Positions 1 to 12,900 of a stretch of 64,000 nt of DNA are shown here, one piece after another. A program made the translations under genes and the position numbers. Source of the DNA: Prasinococcaceae sp. CCMP 1430. Taxonomy: Eukaryota > Plantae > Prasinodermophyta. The first letter of the stretch is position 1. Each line of letters opens with the position of its first letter. The notes under the pieces were generated by a model. That model had not been told where the DNA came from. It searched no databases and was given only the letters and a program-made list of their open reading frames with translations. Location of the stretch: assembly GCA_013416795.1 (NCBI GenBank), contig RQSC01000858.1, positions 47,718 to 111,717 of the forward strand, given 5' to 3'.

Positions 1-14
1 GAGCGCGGTGCCAA

Positions 15-1500
15 TTACCGCCGCTGCGAGCCGTCGCCGCCGGCGCCGCCGGCGCCCTTTTCCGCCGCCTGGCGGCGCTTCTCCGCCGCCTGCCGCGAGA
101 GCTCCGCCAGGCGCGCCGCGGCGGTATCGCCGGCGATGGGAGTGCCGCCTCGGCCCTCCATGGCGCGGCGTTGCACCTCAGCGATGCGGCGTCGGCGCTC
201 CACACGCTCCGTGTCGGCGCCCTCGGCGCCCTCGGCGTCCTCCGCGGCGGCGGCGGCGTGCTGCTCCGAGGCGGCTTCGCGCTGGCGCGCCTCGTCCGCG
301 GCGCGCTCGTCCTGGCGCATGCGACGCTCACCGGCGTAGTCCTGTAGCTTGTACAACATGCGCTCGAAGTTCTCATCCGCTGTTCCGATGCGGTGCCACG
401 CCGCGCGCGCGAGCGGGCGGCCCCCCCGCCGGCTGCGGCGGCCACGCCGCTGCGGGAGCAGCGCATCCAGCTCCGGCCCATCTGGCACAGCCACCTCGTC
501 CTGCAGCGCGTCCTCGCCCGCACCCCCAGCGGCGTTCGGTGTCTCGGCGTCAGCCGACGCGCCCTCGCCCGCCGCGGCAGTCGCCGTCGCCTTCGTCGCA
601 GCGACGATCCGCTCGCGGCGGTGTGCCTTGATCACTCTGCCCAGCTTCGGATCGGACTCGTCGTACTCGGACAGCTTCACTGACAGGCCCTCGAAGCGGT
701 CCTCGGCAGCGGCGTCATAGAGCTCGTGTGCCTCAATGGCAGTGACGCCCTCGCCCGTCGGCTTGATCCGGTCTGCGGCCGTGATGCCGCGCCACAGCTG
801 CCTCGCCATCGCCTTGCGGTTCTGACGCGCGAACGCGCTGACCCTCTCTGAGTGCGCGTTGAAGTATCGCACCAGCCCTGGGTCGGCGTCCTTCCAAATG
901 TCCGCGTGCGCCACGTCGTCGATGCCGTCGAGCGCGGTCTCGCGGCGCTCGCGATCCGCCACGGTGCCCGCGGACTCCTCGGGTGTGATTCTTCGCGACG
1001 CCCTGATGCCACGCGGCAACCCCGTGTAGTCGCGCGGCGGAGTATACAACTCCTTCCTCCCAGAGACCGGGCTCGGTAGACGGCCATCCTCGACGGCCGC
1101 CTGCATCGCAAAGGTGAACAGCTCGCCGCGGCGCTTGCTCAGCGCGGGCACGCGCTCGCCCTCCACCAGGCGCTCCATGCGCCGCGACATACGTCGCACC
1201 GTCAGCGTGGGGGGCGCGCCCGGCTCGGGCTCCACCACACCGCGCGGGAAGCGGCGCGCAGCGCGGGCGAGCACGCCGAGCGCGGCCTTGCTGTCCGAGT
1301 CAATGCTGAGCGCGGCCCGCACGATCGCGCGGCGCTGCTCGACGTCAGCAGGGTCGAACGTGCGGCCCGTCGCCGCGATCGGGAAGCTCACGCCATCGCC
1401 CTTGGCTTGCTCGAGCGCCGCCTCGAACGTCTCCTCGCCGCGCGCACTGGTGCGCTCGGCCGCTGGCGCCCACCACGCTCCGCGCGGGGCGCTGCGCGCG
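15..1500 (-). CDS. Hypothetical protein, charged/coiled-coil C-terminus; start uncertain near the single-N join at 1515
   Basis: Long ORF (15..1622) with coding-like GC3 bias and TAA stop at 15-17; no recognisable domain. Confidence 0.65.
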
Positions 1501-1917
1501 GCCCCGTCGCGCGCNCCCACCCGCGCCCTAACGGATGGCGCTCGGCGCGCGCGTGCCCACACTTTGGGTTTTACGTCACTTTGCATGAGGACGAGCCGCT
1601 CGCTTCGGTGCATCAAATGCACGCACGTGCACGTCGGATCACACCCATTTCAGGTCAATACAAAATCAGGGTTTAATTTCATCACCTATGCATTTTGATG
1701 TATTTTATTGATTTTGATGGCCGGCGCGGCGGGCGCGTTCCGGAAGCGCGGCGGCGGCCGCCGCGGGCGCGAGGGGGAGCGAGCGGGGCGGTGCCACACG
1801 GCGCGCCTGCGGCGGGGTTGCATGTTACGCACGAGCGCACCTGCGCGGGCAGCAGCGGGGGGCGCCCGATCCTCCGCGCGCCGATCGGCCGCCGCGCGCC
1901 GCGCGCGCGCCGCCGCG

Positions 1918-2924
1918 ATGGCGCCGTTCGACAAGGAGAGCGCCGCGGGCGCGCGCTTCCAGTACGACGACGCCGAGAGCGAGGTGACGCTCTCCGTGCC
2001 GATCGGTGCGGGCGTCAAGTCCAAGGACATCGCGTACAAGCTGCGGCCGTCGCACCTCACACTGGGCATCAAGGGCGGCGAGACGCTCATCGACGAGGAT
2101 CTCGGCGGCACCGTGCAGGTCGATGAGTGCTTCTGGGAGATCGATACCGTTGACGGCGAGCGCTGCGTGAACGTCGTGATGGCCAAGGCGCAGCGCTACG
2201 CCGACTGGGAGTTCTGCCTCAAGAGCGAGGACAAGCCCGCTGACATGACCATCACCGACAAGGTCTTCTTTGACATTTCCATCGGTGACAAGGACGTCGG
2301 CCGCATCGTCTTCGGCCTCTTCGGCAAGCAGGTGCCCAAGACCGTCGAGAACTTTCGCGCGCTGTGCACGGGCGAGAAGGGCGAGGGCAAGGCCGGCAAG
2401 CCGCTGCACTACAAGGGCTGCGCGTTCCACCGCATCATCCCGGGCTTCATGTGCCAGGGTGGCGACTTCACGAACGGCAACGGCACCGGCGGCGAGTCCA
2501 TCTACGGCGAGAAGTTTGACGACGAGAACTTCGGCATCAAACACACTGAGAAGGGCCTCCTGTCGATGGCCAACGCTGGTCCGGGTACGAATGGCTCGCA
2601 GTTCTTCATCACCACGGCCATCACCGGCCATCTCGATGGCAAGCATGTCGTGTACGGCAAGGTTCTGGAGGGGTATAAGGAGGTCGTGCTGAAGGTCAGA
2701 TGCGCGCACGCGCATTGGGGTCGCGAGGCCTCGGACACGAGTGTGCGCGCGGGGCGCTCAGCGCCCGACCGCCGTGCTATCCTTACAAGCATTGCTGACT
2801 CAGCTCGCGCGCGTCGCTTTGCTCCCCGCACCCCCTGCAGATGGAGGCCGTGGGCTCCGGCGGAGGCGAGACGTCCGAGCCGGTCGTCATCAAGGACTGC
2901 GGCGTTCTGCCCGTCGACGCGTGA
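1918..2924 (+). CDS. Cyclophilin PPIase with N-terminal CS (p23/NudC-like) domain; intron 2695-2840
   Basis: Canonical motifs [46 protein letters not shown]; CS-like N-terminus ([15 protein letters not shown]); GT..CTGAC..CAG intron restores the MEAVGS..VVIKDCG end. Confidence 0.93.
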
Positions 2925-3392
2925 GCGCGCACGCTCACCTGCGCCCGTGCCCGCGCCGGCGCCTGCACATACCGTAATCGCCGCCGTCCTGGTCGTCCCT
3001 CCCCCCCTCTACCGCCGCCCTCAAACGCCCCTGTCGTCTGCCTGCCGCGTGTATCTCCCTGCGCGCCTGGCTGCTCGCCTCGCCTCGCCTCGCGCCGCTC
3101 CTCGAGGCCCTGTGGGCGTCACCACTCCTGCGTGCGCACATCAGGGTTAACCCCAATAAACACCTAACCCTATCGCAGAAACGCTCTCGAGTTGACCTGC
3201 GACGAGTGTGTGTGTGTGAGCGGCGGCGCCCCACACGCCGCGCGCAGGCGCTGCCCCCACCCCCCCATCCACGGGCGGTGCCGGGTGCTCGCGGTGGAGG
3301 GAGGGGGCGAGGATCGACCGCGCTGGTGCGGGGCTGTGGCGGGCGGGCAGCGCGCCGGGTGCGGTTTGCGCGCGCGCGCGGGAGGGGGGTTG

Positions 3393-5465
3393 ATGTCGGT
3401 GCTGCTCGAGACGACGCGCGGCGACGTGGTCGTGGACGTCGCGGCGGCGCGAGCGCCGCTGTGCGCGGCGAGCTTCTGCGCGCTGGCCGAGCTCGGGCGG
3501 TACGACGGCGCGCTCTTCCACGGCGTGCAGCGCGGATTTGTGGCGCGCTGCGGCGAACGCGACGCGGCCTCGGGCGAGGCGGCGCTCTTCGGCGGCGCCC
3601 GGCGCCACTGCTCCGCCTACGGCGTGCTGCGCGGCGACCCCGACCGCTGCCGCTGCGTCGAGGACGAGGCCGGGCTCAGTCATGCGGCCAAGTACTCGGT
3701 GGCGTTCGACAAGGCCGAGGCGGGTGGCAACGCTGCCAACTTCTACATAACGCTGCGCGAGGGCCTCGACTACCTCGATGAGGGCGCGACGGTGTTTGGC
3801 GTCGTTGCCGAGGGCGGCGATATCGTGGACTCGCTGGGCGAGCTGCCTATCGACGCTGAAGGGCGGCCGCGCGTGAATGTGCGCGTGTTGCGCGCGCACG
3901 TGCTGGAGCGCGCACCGCTGGCGGAACAGCCCGATCGCGACGCGCTCGAGCGGCTGCTGCGCGAGCGCGGCAGCGAGCGCGAGCGTGCGCGTGCCGCCGC
4001 GACCGCGGCCGATGCGCGGGGGCGCGCCGACTTTGACGGGCGGCTAGAGGACGGGTTCGTGCCGAAGGCAGGCGGCGAGGGGCTTGATGCGGAGGCGCTG
4101 CGCAAGAAGGAGGCGCGCTCGCATGTTGAAGTGCTCGAGATGCTAGGCGATCTGCCCACTGCGGACGCTCGTCCGCCTGAGAACGCGCTCTTCGTGTGCA
4201 AGCTCAATCCAGTGACGCGTGACGAGGACCTGGAGATCATATTCGGTCGCTTCGGTCCGGTGTCGAGCTGCGAGGTCGTGCGCGATGCGGCGACAGGCGA
4301 CTCGCTGTGCTACGCCTTCGTGTGGTATCAGGAGCGGTCGGCCGCCGAGGTGCGCGCAAGCGCAGCCGAGCGCGTACTGCGCGCGCGCAAGGCGCAGAAT
4401 GCAACCGCTCTCGCGCGCTGACACTCGAAGCGCCAATGCCTCCTCACGCGTCGACACCCGCAACCCCTCGTGCACCACGCGCGTCGCCAGGCGGCCTACC
4501 TGAAGATGGACAACGCGTTGGTCGACGATCGCCGCATTCGTGTGGACTTTTCGCAGAGCGTCAAGCGGCTCTTCGGTAAGTATCGCTCTGGCGGCGCTCG
4601 TGCCGACCGTGCGAGCGGGCTCGAGGCGGAGGAATTCGGAGGCGCCGGCGGTGGTCGCAGTGGTGGCGGCCGTGGACGTGGCAGAGGAGGGCGCTTTGGA
4701 TCTGGTGGCAGAGGTGGAAGGGGGGCGTCTGGCGGGCGCTTTGGCTCGCACGGGCAGCGTGAGGGCGCCCCGCAGCTGCAACTGCGTGCGAGCGCGGCGC
4801 GCGGGCTCAGTGGGCCGCTACTGCTCCCGGCTCGCCCGCGGCCCGCGGATGCGGAGCAGCGGCAATCGCAGGCGCAGGTGCCACCGCAACCGGGGGAACA
4901 GCAGCAGCGGCAGCAGCAGCAGCAGGAGCAGGAACAGCACCAACGGCAAAGCAGGCGCGAAGAGGATCGCCCTGATCATGGACGTGGTGACAGAGAAAGG
5001 GATGACGAAACTCATAGGCGCCATCATCATCACGAGAAGCGCCACAAGCACCACAAGGAGCGACATCACTCCAGCCACCGCAGGCGCCACGACAGTGACG
5101 ATGAGGATGCTCGGGGTAGGGACGACGGGGAGCGGCGCGATACGCACCGAGAGCATGGTGAGCGCAGGCATCACTCCAGCAGGTCAGATCGCGAGCGGGG
5201 GCGTGAGAGCGAGCGCAGCAGGAGCAGGCACCACTCGCACAAGGCGGAGCGCAAACACTCCCATCGCGATCATCACGATCGTGACCGCGACCGCGATCGT
5301 GACCGCGACCGCGATCGTGACCGCGACCGCGATCGTGACCGCGACCGCGATCGTGACCGCGACCGCGATCGTGACCGCGACCGCGACAGGCGCCGCGACC
5401 GCGACCGCGATCGTGATAAGAAGCACAGGCGAGAGCGCGAGAGAGATCACAGGGATCGGGAGTAA
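3393..5465 (+). CDS. PPIL4: CYP59/PPIL4-type cyclophilin-RRM protein with His/Arg/Asp-rich tail; intron 4350-4490
   Basis: MSVLLETTRGDVVVD start, PPENALFVCKLNPVT..DLEIIFGRFG RRM, KMDNALVDDRRIRVDFSQSV after splicing, RD dipeptide tail. Confidence 0.92.
5277..5417 (+). repeat. Coding tandem repeat (18-bp GATCGTGACCGCGACCGC) encoding (DR)n
   Basis: Directly visible. Confidence 0.9.
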
Positions 5466-5644
5466 TCACATGCGTTTGTGTACTCGAATGGCGTTGGGTA
5501 AGGGTGCCATCGCGCGCCATGGCAGAGAGCTCCCCCTGATTTCGCGCGCCACCAATTTTCTTCAATGCATCATCTGTAAGTCGTGCCCCTCCGGGAACGC
5601 TAGCTCGCGATTGCTGCGTGCAAGACGTTTGAATGCCCACGGAG

Positions 5645-6082
5645 TCATGAGCTTGCCAGGACGTTGTCTGCGAGCCATCCGCGTAAGGCGTCTGGTGCGG
5701 CTACCGCGCGCTGGCGAACGTCACGCTCGAGCACGAGCAGCTCCGCAGCGAGCATGAGCGCCTCCTCGCGCGGCGGTAGGCCCGAGCCGCACATGCTGTG
5801 AAACGCCGCCTCGGCACCCTCGGCCCTTTCTTGTCCATCAACACCTCGGTTTGCGCCCTCGAGCGACCGCCGGTCGCTGCCGGCCACTGGCACGCGCACA
5901 GCGCTCCCGATGGTGGGCTCATCATTCTCTGAGCTCGCGGCACCCGAACCGCCCCGCGGCTCGCCTCCCGCGCCCGTCTGGGCGCGCATCTCTGTCGCTG
6001 CCTGCAGCAGCTCCTCGCGCCGCGCGGCGAGGCTCGCCGCACCGCCGCCGCCACCGTTGCCTTGCATCTCCGCCTCGCTCAT
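5645..6082 (-). CDS. Small hypothetical protein (MSEAEMQGNG...)
   Basis: ATG at 6082 within ORF 5645..6313; helical C-terminus; divergent from the Nup214-like gene. Confidence 0.5.
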   Translation of the reverse strand: MSEAEMQGNGGGGGAASLAARREELLQAATEMRAQTGAGGEPRGGSGAASSENDEPTIGSAVRVPVAGSDRRSLEGANRGVDGQERAEGAEAAFHSMCGSGLPPREEALMLAAELLVLERDVRQRAVAAPDALRGWLADNVLASS

Positions 6083-6431
6083 GCGCACGGCCTCTCTCCC
6101 TCCTCCCTGCGCCTCCGCTCCTCCGTGGCGCCACGAGCGTCCGCGAGAGCGCTCGCTCCCAACGCGCCCTGCGCCGACAAACCCCTCCCACCCCCTTCCC
6201 GAACCCGACGCCGCGCGCGCTCGCGAGCTCTTTGGGCAGGATCTCGTGCGCCTGAGCCTCTGCGGGGAGCGGTGGCGAAGGGCACCGCCGCGCCAACACC
6301 CCCCTCCCCACAACCACGGCGCGCGCGCCCTGTGGCGCGCACACGCGCCGCTGCCACTCCGCCCGCGCCAATGCAGAATTTTTGTTTTTGAATCGCTGCG
6401 CGTGTTTGGTACGCCCCCGCACCCTTCTATA

Positions 6432-6806
6432 ATTCAATCGAAGGAATAATTTAACCACGGGAATGTACATCATGCCAGTGGCTATATCAAAGCGCATGCC
6501 GTATGGGCTGGCGTTTTTTTGGGGAATCGCGGCGCGCGTTCCTGCGCACATCTCGAATCCAATCGAAGGAATGATGTAACCACGGGACTCTATTACAACT
6601 GAGTGTCAGTGTCTATATCAAATCGCATGGGCTGATCTGAATCTGCTCGCGTTTTTTTTTTTTGAATCCGATCGCGCCACATCGCACGCACATCGCACGT
6701 AGGAAGTAGTAGGAACTTCCTCCGCTTCCCACCCGCGCACTGCGCCTATTCAATCGAAGGAATAATGTAACCACGGGAATGTAATGGCGGCTCTATCAAA
6801 GCGCAG
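6432..6806. repeat. Three dispersed copies of a CAATCGAAGGAATRATKTAACCACGGGA...CTATATCAAA-CGCA element
   Basis: Copies begin at about 6435, 6560 and 6751 in an AT-rich divergent intergenic island. Confidence 0.85.
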
Positions 6807-6862
6807 GGGCGCACGGCTGCGAGGGCGCCAGAGCGCGCGCGCGCGGAGCTTCCTCCCGCTCC

Positions 6863-6863
<1 letters not shown>

Positions 6864-6912
<49 letters not shown>
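6864..6912. repeat. Poly-C tract
   Basis: Directly visible. Confidence 0.9.
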
Positions 6913-6990
6913 AGGCGCTTGCGGCAGCCCTACGCGCGCGGCGGGCGACGAGGGGGCTTCGGGTAGGGCGGCGCGGCCGCGAGGGCGCAG

Positions 6991-9900
6991 ATGGCGGAGC
7001 CCGTGGAGGTGGCGACGGTGGCCCCGAGCGAGGAGGTTGAGACCGATGCGTTCTTCTTTCGCCTGCGTGCCAAGCTGCGGCTGCCGGCCGGCTCGGGCGG
7101 CGCGGCGCGTAGCGCGCGGCTGCTCGCCGGAGCGCAGCGCGCGGGCGTCGCGGCGGCGGCGTGCGACAGCGGCGTGGCGCTCGTGAGGACTGACGCGCTG
7201 ATCGCCGGTGGGCGGGATGGGTCCAACCTGAGAACGCTCCCTGGGGTCGCCTTCGTGGAAATGCGTGCCCTCCTGGCGGTGTCGCTCTCTGCCGATGGCT
7301 CGCTGCTCGCTTGTGCGACGCCGCGCTCGCTGTACATATACGGGAGCGCCGCTCTGCTCGCGGACGGCGCCGCGGCCACGGCCCCTCGTGAGATCTTCAC
7401 GCTTGGGATGGATGAGGGTGAGATCGTGCAGGCAGAGTTCTCGACCCACGCGCCGCATCGACTGCTGCTGGTCACGTCGACAGGCATGGCATATGTGCTC
7501 CAGATCGATGCGAACGGTGCCTCCGGAGCAAAGCTCGCGCTCGAGGGTTCGGGCGATGCTGTCGCTGCAGCTTGGGCGCCTGCGGGCGACGTTGTGGCGA
7601 TTGCCCGGAGCGATGACATCATATGCGTCGGCGCCGACGATGCCAAGGTCCGGTGGAGCGTGCGACTAGGAGAGGGGGCCATGGAGGAGAGCATGGCTGG
7701 ATTGGAGGGGGCGCTCTTCGTTGAAGCTCTGCGGTGGCCAACGGACGCCACGCTGCTTTGCACGGTGGGCTCCGCGGACGAGGGCGATGAGACGTCGGCT
7801 CTGGTTGCACTCGATGTGCGCAGTGGAAGCGCCGAGGTGGCGGCGTGCGACGTTGAAATGGGACTGGGTATTTTTGAGGATGACCTAACGAGCGGGTCGC
7901 GCCAAAGAGCGCTGACGCATTGCGCTGCCGTCGAGCAGTGGGGCGTGGCCGTCGTGGCGGACAGGCGTGCCTCCGATGATCACCTCAACCTTGTGTCATG
8001 CGCATGGGATCGCAGCGCCGAGCAGCCCTCGCCGTGCTTGCTGCGGATCGCTGAGGACATCGCGCTCGCCCGCGTCGAAATGGTCGATGGCAACGACGAC
8101 TTCGTCGTGGGCTTGTGCATGGACCTCACGCGTGCCTCGGACGCTGTCGACGATCCGCGTGATGACGAGGCGCCCGCCGTGCCCTGTGCGCCTCTTCTGC
8201 TGGCGCTCACATCAGCGGGTGTACTGTGGTGCTACGCTCTCGCCGCTGCGGACAGCGATGTGCCCGTGCCTGCTCGGGATGTCATCTCCGCGCCCGCCGC
8301 GATTCCCGAATTGGAGGCTTCCCAAGCGGAGGCTGCAGCGCCTGAGCAGCCGCCTGCCGAGGGGGGCTCCTCGAATGACACGGCCGAGGCAGAAGGGGAG
8401 AGCAGTCAGGGACTGGGTGCACTTGGCGCTGCGCTCGGCGCTGCGCTGCCTGATAGCGACGACGACGAGGAAAGTGGTGCGAGTGCAGAGGAGAGTGTCG
8501 GCGAAGTAGGCGCGGGATCGGTCGCACCTGCTGCGGTGCAGTCAGCGCTACCGGATGGCGAAACTGAAGACTCTACGCAGGCGGGTGGAGGGCGGGCTGG
8601 TACGTCCGATGATGACACGGATGAGAGCGAGGTCGAGTCACCGTTCAGGCAAGAGGGGGCAACAGAGGAGGAGCCATTCTCGTTCCGCCCATCGACGGCA
8701 GCCCAGCCTGGGGCAACTTTTTCGTTCAGTCAGCCTGCAACGCCTGCTCCGGGGAGTGCGACAAAGCCCATGACAGTGAACCCGCTTTTCAGCGCTACCG
8801 CATCGGGCGCGGGGATCTTCGGTGCTCCAACCACGCCGCCTGAGTCTGCTACCGCCACCCCGCTTTTCGGCGCCACGAAGCCTCCGCTGTTCGGCACCCC
8901 ATCCTCCGGAAAGCCTGCATTCGGTGCTCTACCCGGTGGGAAAGAAAGCGACTCGGAGCCTCCCAAAGAAGCAAAGCCTCCAGTGGCAGCCTTCCCGCCC
9001 GCTGCTGCGGCCATGCCCGCCTTCGGTGCGGCGGCCGAAACCAAGGAATCGAAGCCTGCGGCGGCCGGTGCGTTCCCGGCCGCAGCTGCCGCTGTGCCTG
9101 TCTTCGGCGCCTCGGCTGTGCCTGCGGCAGCGGGCGCTTTCCCTCCTGCGGCTGCAGCCGTTCCCGCATTTGGGGCTGCACCTGCCAAGGACACAAAGTC
9201 TTCGGCGGCCGCAGCTTTTCCGCCTGCGGCTGCAGCCGTTCCCGCATTTGGGGCTACACCTACGAAGGAAGACAAGAAGACGTCGGCGGCGGCCGCGTTC
9301 CCGCCTGCGTCTGTTCCCGTGCCCGCTTTCGGCGCGCCAGCCAAGAAAGAGGACAAGAAGGCTCCGGCGGCGGGTGCTTTCCCACCCGCAACTGCTGCTG
9401 TCCCCGCCTTTGGGGCTGCGCCTACCAAGGACAAGAAGCCTGCGGCGGCCGCGGCATTTCCGCCTGCGGCTGCCGCCGTGCCCGCGTTTGGCGCCCCGGC
9501 CAAGAAGGAAGAGAAGAAGCCTGCGGCGGCCGCGGCATTCCCGCCTGCGGCTGCCGCCGTGCCCGCGTTTGGCGCTCCGGCCAAGAAGGAAGAGAAGAAG
9601 CCTGCGGCGGCCGCGGCATTCCCGCCTGCGGCTGCCGCCGTGCCCGCGTTTGGCGCTCCGGCCAAGAAGGAAGAGAAGAAGCCTGCGGCGGCCGCGGCAT
9701 TCCCGCCTGCGGCTGCCGCCGTGCCCGCGTTTGGCGCTCCGGCCAAGAAGGAAGAGAAGAAGCCTGCGGCGGCCGCGGCATTCCCAGGCCGGTTCTTCCT
9801 TCTCTTCTTCGGACGCCGCCGGCGCCGTAAGGGCGGACGCCGACGTCGGCACGGGCGCAAACCGCGAGGCCGGTTCTTCCTTCTCTTCTTCGGACGCCGC

Positions 9901-12900
9901 CCCGCGGCATTCCCTCCCGCAACTGCTGCAGTACCCCCTTTTGGAACCCCGGCAAAATCTCCCACGGATTCTGAGGCTGCATCTGTCGAACCTTCTCCAG
10001 CAGCTGGCGACAAGAAGACGGCGACTCCTCCGCGGCCAGTCCCGACACCTTACACGCCACCAGCGCCGAAGTTTGGGCAAGTTGACAATGCGCAGTCGGT
10101 AGAGGCGGCATTCTCGACAGAAATTGATTCGGTGAAGTCTGCAGGCGAAGGTCTGGCTGAGGTTATCAAGGCGATTCAGATAGGTGCACCCACGGCACCC
10201 TTTCAGGGCGTGGTCGCATCGCACACACTCCCGGAGCGCACGGCTGCGCTGGCTGATCGCGTGGCGGCACTGCGCGAGCGGGCTGATGGCGTGCGTCCTC
10301 GCATGTGCGTGCTCAAGGACCGGCTCATCGACGTGAAGGTCGGCATTGCTGAAGCAGAAGCTTCGTCGGCAGTCACGCTTGCCAGCGACGGTGTTGTTGC
10401 TGAGCTCGCCGACGAGCGCCCCCTCCCGCCCCCCGCGGCGGCGAGGCGCGATCAGTTACGCCGGCATTATGAGATCATCGTGGGCAGACTTGCTGAGGTG
10501 ATGGATGACTTGGAGGCGCGTGAGCGCGCTGTTGAAAGTGCCGCGGCGGCTGGCGCTCCCAGAAAGTCGCCGGCGGCGTCGCGTGAGCCGCCGCCCAGCC
10601 AGCTCTACGGCACGATTGAAACGCAGCGTGCTATCTCGCGGGCCCATGCGCGACGTTTCGATGCCATCGAAAAGCGCATGGTCGTGCTCGGCATGCTGAG
10701 CAGCAGCCACGCAGCAGCCAACGGGACATCGCCGGTGCGAGGCTCACCCATGCCGTTGATATCTGCTTCGCCCAGTGTTCTGCGTTCGGTAGGCAACCTA
10801 TCGAGCGCCGGCGGAGGTGCCAGCTCGATCAGGCAGCGCCTGGCTGGCCGCCTCGCACAGGATCGCTCACCACGAGTGACCTCTGCGAAGAAGTCCACGC
10901 CGGACAGCCAGTTGAGGGCGAAGGGCAGCGTGCCGCTTGCTCTTGCGTTCGACGCCACTGATGCTAGCACAGCGTCGCCTGCGGCGTCCTCGATGAGCAT
11001 CTCACAAGCTGTGCGGGAGGAATCATCGGCGTCGATGAGCGTGTCGTCAGCACCATCGCAAAAGACCGTTATGGGCACGTCGTCGGTCTCGGGCCTCGGC
11101 GCCTTCGGGAAGAAGCCCGCTGCAAGTAAACGCTCAGCACAGCCTGCTGATAGTGCTGCTTCGAGCGCCAAGTCTGTTAGCGGCAAGCCCAATGGAAAGA
11201 CTTCGTCTGAAAAGCCTGCGTCAACATCTACAATCCCACCGGCGACAGCTGCCGTTCCCGCCTTCGGCGTCCCGGCCAAGAAGGACGGCAAGTCTGCGGC
11301 GGCCGCCGCGTTCCCGCCCGCTGCTGCTGCCGTGCCCGCTTTTGGGGCTGCACCAGCCAAGGAAACGAAGCCCGCGGCGTCGGCCACATACCCTCCCTCA
11401 ACAGCCTCCGTTCCAGCATTTGGGGCGGCCCCTAAGAAGGCTGACAAGAGACCTGCTGCGGCGGCCGCGGCATTCCCGCCTGCGGCTGCCGCCGTGCCCG
11501 CGTTTGGCGCCCCGGCCAAGAAGGAAGAGAAGAAGCCTGCGGCGGCCGCGGCATTCCCGCCTGCGGCTGCCGCCGTGCCCGCGTTTGGCGCCCCGGCCAA
11601 GAAGGAAGAGAAGAAGCCTGCGGCGGCCGCGGCATTCCCGCCTGCGGCTGCCGCCGTGCCCGCGTTTGGCGCCCCGGCCAAGAAGGAAGAGAAGAAGCCT
11701 GCGGCGGCCGCGGCATTCCCGCCTGCGGCTGCCGCCGTGCCCGCGTTTGGCGCTCCGGCCAAGAAGGAAGAGAAGAAGCCTGCGGCGGCCGCGGCATTCC
11801 CGCCTGCGGCTGCAGCCGTGCCCGCGTTTGGCGCCCCGGCCAAGAAGGAAGAGAAGAAGCCTGCGGCATTCCCGCCTGCGGCTGCCGCCGTGCCCGCCTT
11901 CGGCGCCCCTGCGAAGGAGAAGTCAACGCCGGCGGGTGCGTTTCCGCCTACGACTGGTGCTGTGCCGGTCTTTGGCTCGTCGGCCAAGGAGGACAAGCCA
12001 GCAGCAGTGAGCGCGCTCCCGCCCACAACTGCTGCTGTACCTGCCTTCAGTGCCCCGGCTGCGAAGGAGGACAAGAGCCAAGCGGCGGTGGGTGCTTTCT
12101 CGCCCGCGGCTGCTGCTGCGCCTGCGTTTGGATCTGTGGCAAAATCTGCCGAGGCACCGCTGGCTGGGTTTGGCTCCACGGTAGCGCTTGGATCAGGGTC
12201 CACTGCTGCGCCAGCGCTTGCATTCGGCTCGTCGGGCGCAAAACCCGCGTCCGATGCGCCGACGACTCCGCCTGCTTTCGGGACCTCGACACCTGCGCCT
12301 GCGTTTGGAAAGCCTCCTTCGACGCCAGCGCCCAGCACTGCAGGGGCATCAGGCCCTGTTTTTGGGGGGGCAGCGTCCACTCCTGCCAGCGCAGCGGCAT
12401 CGACGCCTGCGTTCGGTGCAGCAAGCTCAACCACGCCTGCCTTCAATCTCAGCCTTGGAAGCGGTTCCGCAACAACGCCCGCAGGAGCTACGCCTTCGCC
12501 GCAAAACGTGTTTGGGAAGGGAATGACAACCTCCCTGGGTGCCGCATCTCCGTCGGCAGGCGGATTTGGCCAGGCGCCGAGCTTTGGCAGTTCAATGGGT
12601 GGGCCGGTGCAGTCCACCCCGTCGCCCTTTGGCGCCGCGGCTGCGGCAAAAACCAGCCAGCCATCATTTGGAACACCTTCGACGATGGGTGGAGCAGCAG
12701 GCAGCACCGGTGCCGCGGCCTTCGGTGCGCCTGCCGCTATGGGCTCATCAGCGGCAGCGACCGGAGCAGCGACCATGACGGGGGTCCCCGCATTCGGTCA
12801 AAGCAGTGCATTTGGCGGCGGCGCTGCATCTCCCAGCCCTAGCGCTGCTGGTAGCTTCGGAACCTTCGGCAAGCCCGCTGGTGGTGGCTTCGCTGCATCC

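Noticed and set aside
6432-6806. CRISPR array
   Set aside because: Only three imperfect copies, long irregular spacers that share sequence, eukaryotic context, no cas genes
8730-12776. Long antisense ORFs over Nup214 (and similar shadow ORFs across the window)
   Set aside because: Expected from high GC and repeat content; no independent motifs
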